Assembly (NCBI GenBank): GCA_963833985.1
Contig: CAWIAD010000001.1
Coordinates: 768,001 to 832,000 of the forward strand
Origin: an uncultured Planctomycetaceae bacterium
GTDB taxonomy: Bacteria > Planctomycetota > Planctomycetia > Isosphaerales > Isosphaeraceae
Length of the DNA: 64,000 nucleotides
Direction: 5' to 3'
In this document: piece after piece, positions 54,672 through 64,000 of the stretch
Layout: every line of letters begins with the position of its first letter
How positions within the stretch are numbered: position 1 is the first letter of the stretch
The notes under the pieces: generated by a model
Seen by the model: only the letters and a program-made list of their open reading frames with translations
Database searches by the model: none
What the model was told of the DNA's origin: nothing
Position numbers and translations under genes: made by a program

Positions 54672-55169
54672 TCAGCCCGGCATGGCGGGGAGCATGTTGC
54701 GGATCGCGGCGATGCGCCAGCCGTCGCTTGCTCGCTTCAAGACGATGGACGTCCACATCACGCGATCCTTGCCGCCGTTGCGTGCTTGCTGCACATAGCG
54801 GCCGTCGGCGATGGCGACGTCGGAGGTGAGCCATCGGACGGATTGCACATCGATCGTACGCCGGGCTGTGTTCTTCCGCGACGACTCGAGCATCCCCTGG
54901 ACAAGCTGCTCCCGTCCTCTCCGCCAGGTCCCGTCCGACACAAGCTGGTCGGCGTCGTGCGTGAAGAGTGCCTCGATGCGACGGGAATCGCTGGCCTCAC
55001 GTGCGTCGACGTAGCGCTGGATCACCAGGCGGACCGCGGCCTCCTGTTCGCGGTCGGCTTGCGCACCCGCGGCCTCGGACACCGAGGTCGCGGCGAGGCA
55101 GGATGTTGCGCTGACACAGGATGTTACGCTGACACAGGATGTTGCGCTGAGGAACTGGCGTCGGTTCAT
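54672..55169 (-). CDS. Tat-exported NTF2-like (SgcJ/DUF4440) protein
   Basis: MNRRQFL twin-arginine motif; [22 protein letters not shown]. Confidence 0.8.
   Translation of the reverse strand: MNRRQFLSATSCVSVTSCVSATSCLAATSVSEAAGAQADREQEAAVRLVIQRYVDAREASDSRRIEALFTHDADQLVSDGTWRRGREQLVQGMLESSRKNTARRTIDVQSVRWLTSDVAIADGRYVQQARNGGKDRVMWTSIVLKRASDGWRIAAIRNMLPAMPG
55099..55150. repeat. 18-bp tandem repeat (about 3 copies) in the Tat signal region
   Basis: caggatgttgcgctgaca / caggatgttacgctgaca / caggatgttgcgctga. Confidence 0.85.
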
Positions 55170-55279
55170 GGTGATTTCCCAAGCGGGTCGCGGTTCACGG
55201 CCGGCAACAGGCTTCCTGGTCTCGGCATAACGGTTGCAGGGTAGATCCGGAGAGTCTCAACTCTGGAAAGGGGCTATCC

Positions 55280-55471
55280 ATGAAAGTCGATCCCGTCGCC
55301 AGGAAGATGTCTGAAGCCAGTGCAAGCGTGGGCGCTTCCGCTCCGAAGAAGGGTGACAGGTTCCGCTGCGAATCGTGTGGAATGGAGATTGAACTCACCG
55401 CGGATTGCCACTGCAAGAGCGGTGAGCACATTCATTTTGAGTGTTGCGGACAGGATCTCGCCAGGGTCTGA
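55280..55471 (+). CDS. small Cys/His-rich metal-binding protein (desulforedoxin/metallothionein-like)
   Basis: KGDRFRCESCG...DCHC...HFECCG. Confidence 0.65.
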   Translation: MKVDPVARKMSEASASVGASAPKKGDRFRCESCGMEIELTADCHCKSGEHIHFECCGQDLARV

Positions 55472-55502
55472 CACCACTTCCGTTTCGAGGGGAGGAGGCA
55501 CC

Positions 55503-55730
55503 ATGCGGTTTGTCCAGGCGGTCCTCTTGCTGGCGTTTCTCGGTGTCGTCGGGCTTTTCGCCGTTCAGAACACCGAGGCGATCACCGTGTCGTTCTGGAA
55601 CTGGAGGACGACCGGGCCCGTGGCGCTGCTGGCGATTGTGGCCTACCTTCTGGGCATGCTCAGCGGTTGGACGGTGGTGTCCTTCTTCACCCGGTCGCTC
55701 CGTGGTGTGTCGGAGCGAAGGACCGATTGA
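55503..55730 (+). CDS. LapA/DUF1049 family small membrane protein
   Basis: GGAGG RBS; TM-FAVQN...VSFWNW-TM. Confidence 0.75.
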   Translation: MRFVQAVLLLAFLGVVGLFAVQNTEAITVSFWNWRTTGPVALLAIVAYLLGMLSGWTVVSFFTRSLRGVSERRTD

Positions 55731-55877
55731 GCTGGTATGGTGCCCCCTGGAGAATGTCCCGGTCCTGTCTCGACCGCGAGTGTGGACGTCGAATCAAGAA
55801 CAATGGACAAACGGACGGCATCGTCCCAGGACGTCGTACGGCGTGTGCGGTTCGGCGCACGCAAGGCCCTGTCAGCT

Positions 55878-55907
55878 GGTGGTTTGCGCTGCGCTGACCC
55901 ACCCTAC
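55878..55907 (-). repeat. GTAG-type REP copy
   Basis: ggtggtttgcgctgcgctgacccaccctac matches the REPs at 10.2-11.95 kb. Confidence 0.8.
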
Positions 55908-56234
55908 GGTCGGCGCGCCATGGCCATTGTGGGACGATGCCAAACGGACCCAATGATTCAAACGCGTAACCCGCTACGGAAAAGTTAGTTGCATCGACGT
56001 TTTCGGAAAACGCGGCGCGCAAACCAACCGATTCTTTTTCGGACTCACGAAGTGTAAGAGAGATCTCCACGGGGCGCTGACCGCCCTCGATTGGAAGGAC
56101 GGGTACAGATCGGTGCAGAGAGTGCGCGGCAGCCCCGGCTGACGGGCATGGGCAGCGATGAAACGCCGAACGGCTGTCCCATGGTGATCGTAGAATCATC
56201 TGGTCCGGGAAGTGCGATGCGGCGTCCGGAGCGC

Positions 56235-56264
56235 TTGACGGGCACGCATGCACTGTTGTAAAAT
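56235..56264 (+). promoter_or_regulatory. putative sigma70 promoter of secA
   Basis: TTGACG-N18-TAAAAT about 60 nt upstream of the start. Confidence 0.5.
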
Positions 56265-56322
56265 CTATCTCTCAAAAGACTTAGTGCGGCTGAATCAGGA
56301 CTTTCTGCGGGGCGATGCGGCA

Positions 56323-59951
<3,629 letters not shown>

Positions 59952-60345
59952 CCGGCAACGCTGATTCTGGGACGTTCTTTCGGGCCCTCGACCACCCCAC
60001 GGGAACCAGGCCGAGACGCCTCCGGATCCGCCCCTGGCGGGGTCTCCCGGACGTCCTGGGTACCAGGTCCGTCGCGCATAAGTCGATCAGCCTATAGGGG
60101 TTACGAGTTCACGTCCGACCCCTGCCGGGGTGCTATGACAGAGTTCCAGTGGCTGGCTCTGGAATGTGCCATTGAAGCTGCGGCAACCTTTGAGCAGGGC
60201 GAGAGTTGCATCGAGATCGACGGGCTCGGATCGGTCGTCAGCCGGGGAGACGATTCGTCGCGGCGCCGGAGATTGAGGCACGGTTATTGCTGTCTCGACT
60301 GCCGCCGTGACGTTTGCCGATCGGACCGGGAAAGGATTCCCCGCG

Positions 60346-61668
60346 ATGCCCCTCGTCTTGAACTTCGTCTACTTTCTGCTGCTGCTGGTGCTTTCGCCCG
60401 TGCTTCTGTACCGGATGATCCGCTCGGGAAAGTATCGCGAGGGACTCTGGGAGAAGTTTCGGGGCGATGCGCCGCTACGGATTGGCGATCAGCCCTGCCT
60501 CTGGTTTCACGCGGTCAGCGTCGGCGAGGTACTCCTGCTGCGGCCGCTCGTGCAAGAGATGGCCCGCCGGCGTCCCAGCTGGCAGGTCGTGATCTCGACG
60601 ACCACGACAACAGGTCTTGCCGTGGCCCGGCGCACCTTTCCGGACCTGATCACCTTCTACGCACCACTCGACTTCAGCTGGGCGACAGGCCGGGCGATGG
60701 CGCGGATTCGCCCGACGGTGCTGGCGCTTGTGGAGCTGGAGTTATGGCCGAACTTGATCCGGGCGGCCAAATCGGCGGGAGCAAAGGTCGCCATCATCAA
60801 CGCACGGCTGAGCACGCGCAGCTACCGAGGCTATCGCCGGCTGCGTGGTCCCCTGGGAACGACGCTCCGGTGCATCGATTTCGTCGCGGCTCAGAATGAT
60901 GACTATGCCAGCCGGTTCGTGGATCTGGGGATCCCCGGCAACCGAGTGGGCATCACGGGCTCTGTCAAGTTCGACGGCCTGGAGAGTGACCGCAACAACA
61001 CCAGGACCCGCGACTTGCGAAAGGAGCTTGGTCTCTCCACCTCCGACCTGGTGTTCGTGGCGGGAAGCACCATGGAGGGCGAGGAGGCGGCAGCCCTGGC
61101 AGCCTACCGGGTGGCCCGGCTGGAGCATCCGAGCCTGCGCCTGGTGCTGGTTCCACGGCACGCGGAGCGGTTTGACAGCGTGGCTGACTGGCTGTTGAAA
61201 AACGGTGAGACCGTCGTGCGGCGGACCGATCTGGTGGCGGGCAAAGCAGCCGGCACCGCGGGAACCGGACACCGGCCCGCCGTGCTCTTGATAGACACCC
61301 TCGGCGAGCTTGGTGCTGTCTGGGGACTGGCCGATGTCGCGTTCGTGGGGGGCAGCCTGCTGCCGGGCCGTGGCGGCCAGAACATGATGGAGCCGGCCGC
61401 TTACGGAGCCTCGGTGCTATTTGGGCCGCATACTTCCAACTTTCGCGACACCGTCGAGCAGTTGCTCAGGCGTAACGCCGCGTGCCGGGTGGCCAATGCG
61501 GATGAGCTGATGCTCCGGCTCCAGCAAGATCTGGACGACCCGGAATCGGCTGCCACGCGCGGCGCGGCGGGGCGTTCGTTCGTCCTGGCGCAGCACGGGG
61601 CCTCGGGCAGAACCCTGGCGGAGCTGGATCGCCTCGTGGAATCGTCGTTTACCCAAAAGTCGGCTTGA
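60346..61668 (+). CDS. waaA: 3-deoxy-D-manno-octulosonic acid (Kdo) transferase
   Basis: WFHAVSVGE, ELWPN, VPRHAERF, DTLGEL, GGQNMMEPA. Confidence 0.93.
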   Translation: MPLVLNFVYFLLLLVLSPVLLYRMIRSGKYREGLWEKFRGDAPLRIGDQPCLWFHAVSVGEVLLLRPLVQEMARRRPSWQVVISTTTTTGLAVARRTFPDLITFYAPLDFSWATGRAMARIRPTVLALVELELWPNLIRAAKSAGAKVAIINARLSTRSYRGYRRLRGPLGTTLRCIDFVAAQNDDYASRFVDLGIPGNRVGITGSVKFDGLESDRNNTRTRDLRKELGLSTSDLVFVAGSTMEGEEAAALAAYRVARLEHPSLRLVLVPRHAERFDSVADWLLKNGETVVRRTDLVAGKAAGTAGTGHRPAVLLIDTLGELGAVWGLADVAFVGGSLLPGRGGQNMMEPAAYGASVLFGPHTSNFRDTVEQLLRRNAACRVANADELMLRLQQDLDDPESAATRGAAGRSFVLAQHGASGRTLAELDRLVESSFTQKSA

Positions 61669-61804
61669 AGGCGGCTTGCGTTTCGAGTTACGCTCTGGAA
61701 CTCCCTACATCAAGCGGGATCGAGAGCGCGCCGTTGCCTCTCGCCGTGCGGTAGAATTCAAGCCGCCCAACGGCGCCACCTTTAGCGACGACAGGAACAA
61801 CACC

Positions 61805-62185
61805 ATGAGCGACAAAGAACACGAAGCGACCCCCACTCCGAACCCCCAGACTGCGACGACCGAGGTCGTTGTCGATGATTCGAGCACTTTGCCTTCGTAC
61901 TCGAACTTCTGCCGGGTGACCGCGACTCCAGAAGAAGTGATTCTCGATTTCGGCCTGAACCCCCAGCCGTTCGCGACCGGCCGCCAGGACGTGAAGGCCA
62001 ATCAGCGGATCGTGATGAACTTCTACACGGCCAAACGACTGCTGACCGCGCTGGGGATGACGATCCAGCGTCACGAGGGCACGTTTGGATCCATCGAGCT
62101 GGACGTACGCCGGCGTGCGACCGGTTCCCCTCAGTATCCCCAGTCGGGTCCTGGCCGCGTGGTTCCCCAGGGTGTTGTCGAGTGA
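61805..62185 (+). CDS. DUF3467 family protein
   Basis: YSNFCRVTATPEEVILDFG, RIVMNFYTAKRL. Confidence 0.82.
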   Translation: MSDKEHEATPTPNPQTATTEVVVDDSSTLPSYSNFCRVTATPEEVILDFGLNPQPFATGRQDVKANQRIVMNFYTAKRLLTALGMTIQRHEGTFGSIELDVRRRATGSPQYPQSGPGRVVPQGVVE

Positions 62186-62653
62186 ATGGCCAGGCCAGCC
62201 CGCTGACACACCGCTCCGGAGCAGCACGGGGCGGTCGTCTCCTTCCTTCCCTCTCGGGGTGATCAAGGCAAGGCCCGCACTTTCAGGGCACTTTGATCAC
62301 CTGTTTTCGCCGCCCGACTTCCACATCGCTTTGGCCTTCCCGGCCAGGTCTCCGGCTCGCCGCTGAGCCGCTGGCACCGCACACCATTCTGGCCGCCCTC
62401 CCGCCATCCGTCGCAACGTCAAGGCCGATGATGCCGATTTTTCGGCTTGCGCGGTGGCTTTGACTCATCGCGGCCAAAGGTTCAGCCGATTCTGATGGTA
62501 AGAAACGATCCGCGCGTGCGGATTCTGCCCCGAGTAGGGGTCTTGACAGTTGTTTCGACTCATCAACGAGCGCCACTTGCGCCGATACTGTGACTTGCCG
62601 GGCATCTCGGCCTCGATTCAGGACGGACGAGTCCAGCGATAGGAGATAATGGA

Positions 62654-64000
62654 ATGTCTCAGCCATCCCGAGGACGGGCGCGTGGCCCAGCGAAGCGGCG
62701 GCGGGCGACCAAACTGGAAACTCCCACTTTGCTGGAGCCTCGCTGTCTTCTGGCTCCATACGTGTCGGTCTTCCCGGTCACGGCCACCTTCACCGCGGCC
62801 ACCGCGCCCACCACGAATGCGGACCTGGGCACGATCACGGTGGCACAGAATACAACGGCGACCAATATCCAGACCGCCGCACCGATCACCTCGGTGTCCG
62901 AGTTGTCGCCGCTCTCCTCGTTCGGGGGCGACATCGTGCGGCTCAAGGCCGGGCCGGGCGGCGTCTTCGGCAACGGGCTGTACGCGATCTCGCGCGGCAG
63001 CGGGGGGAACACGAGCGCCGTCAACCGGCCGGGCGTCATCTACCGCGTCGACACGGCCACGGGCAAGGCCAGTGTCTTCTTCGATCTGAACACCGTGCTC
63101 AACCAGATTGACCCGAATGCCCTGGCTACTGACGGCACGAATCCGGCGGCCAACTCCATGGGCAGCTCGACGGGGCTGGTCAACTGGTACGATATCGCCT
63201 TCGATGCGGAAGGAAACTTCAACGGCAGTCCGGTGATGTTCGTCAGCAGCGTGGATCGATCCGATCCGTCCAAGAATGCGATCTTCATGATCTCTCCCAG
63301 CGGTCAATTCCTGGGTGCGTTCGTGATGATGACCGACGGCCTGGCGGCAACGAAGTTCAACATCAATCCGACGGCAATGACCGTTCCCGGACCGCAGGAC
63401 CAGGCCTTCCTGCGCGGCTTGCTGGCCGGCAGTGGAATCAGCACGACCGGCGGCACGTTCGCGGCGCTTTACTTCAACGCCAACGCCTATTCTCCGGGCC
63501 AGGTCATCAGCAACTCCACGCTGCCGAAGGGCGTCTCGCAGACCGGGCTGACAGCCGGAACGATTGTGGGATTGACGACGTCCAACGCCGATTACACCTC
63601 GCCTGTCTACTCGGCATTCACCGACTTCGGAACTCCAGCGGCCGGCGGGATTCCGGCCACCCCCGGCGATAGCGGCGTGCAAGGATCCACTACCGGTCAG
63701 CTGCTCATCGGGTCCGGGCTGCCGGCCACGACGACGTCGCTGACGATCGACCAGACCGGCCAGGTCAGCACCCAGTTGCGGCGGCTCGAGGACATTGCAT
63801 TCGACCAGTACGGCTACTTCTCGCAGAGCGTCGGGTTGACCTCCACAACCACGACCAGCACGACCACGGGAGCCTCCACGACGGCGTACACCGTGACCCT
63901 ACCGACCATCTCGGCGGGCAGCGTCTTCGTCAGCGATCTCGCTTCGGGTATCTCCCAGTCGGTGACGTTGACATCGGTGGCTGAGGGCGACATTCCCGCG
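62654..64000 (+). CDS. large secreted protein with LEPRxLL leader motif, 3'-truncated (absent from the ORF track)
   Basis: AGGAG RBS; MSQPSRGRARGPAKRRRRATKLETPTLLEPRCLLAP...; Thr/Ser/Gly-rich; no stop seen before the window end. Confidence 0.82.
   Translation, partial: MSQPSRGRARGPAKRRRATKLETPTLLEPRCLLAPYVSVFPVTATFTAATAPTTNADLGTITVAQNTTATNIQTAAPITSVSELSPLSSFGGDIVRLKAGPGGVFGNGLYAISRGSGGNTSAVNRPGVIYRVDTATGKASVFFDLNTVLNQIDPNALATDGTNPAANSMGSSTGLVNWYDIAFDAEGNFNGSPVMFVSSVDRSDPSKNAIFMISPSGQFLGAFVMMTDGLAATKFNINPTAMTVPGPQDQAFLRGLLAGSGISTTGGTFAALYFNANAYSPGQVISNSTLPKGVSQTGLTAGTIVGLTTSNADYTSPVYSAFTDFGTPAAGGIPATPGDSGVQGSTTGQLLIGSGLPATTTSLTIDQTGQVSTQLRRLEDIAFDQYGYFSQSVGLTSTTTTSTTTGASTTAYTVTLPTISAGSVFVSDLASGISQSVTLTSVAEGDIPA

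Noticed and set aside
59955..60340. GC-rich hairpins between secA and waaA as an ncRNA or riboswitch
   Set aside because: No recognisable family motif, and such pairing is expected at this GC content; an Rfam/covariation search would be needed.

Overview
GC-rich bacterial chromosome segment, most consistent with a planctomycete (LEPRxLL-motif secreted protein, DUF4058, DUF3467, elongated SecA). Many genes, including secA, carry single-base frameshifts that are probably sequencing/assembly indels. The most striking part is a nested mobile-element hotspot at 5.96-11.95 kb. A group II intron (5979-9987) splits one arm of a palindromic repeat. Its RT/maturase gene is interrupted, at the GATC in the conserved PQGxxISP motif, by a 2,015-bp element encoding a 66-aa ORF and a large serine recombinase (LSR). 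Precise excision would restore a 432-aa RT and change the recombinase C-terminus. Next to this, an IS231-like IS4 element sits in a GTAG-type REP hairpin with an apparent 20-bp duplication. The rest of the window holds a sugar-catabolic gene run with an IS5-disrupted PIN toxin gene, a five-gene envelope operon, a Ser/Thr kinase-solute-binding fusion, an orphan HMG-CoA-reductase-like gene, two Gly/Tyr-rich secreted proteins, a GH20-DUF1080 fusion, tRNA-Leu(GAG), an Lhr helicase, a GGT-family protein, secA and waaA. All calls come from motif recognition by eye; no database searches were run.
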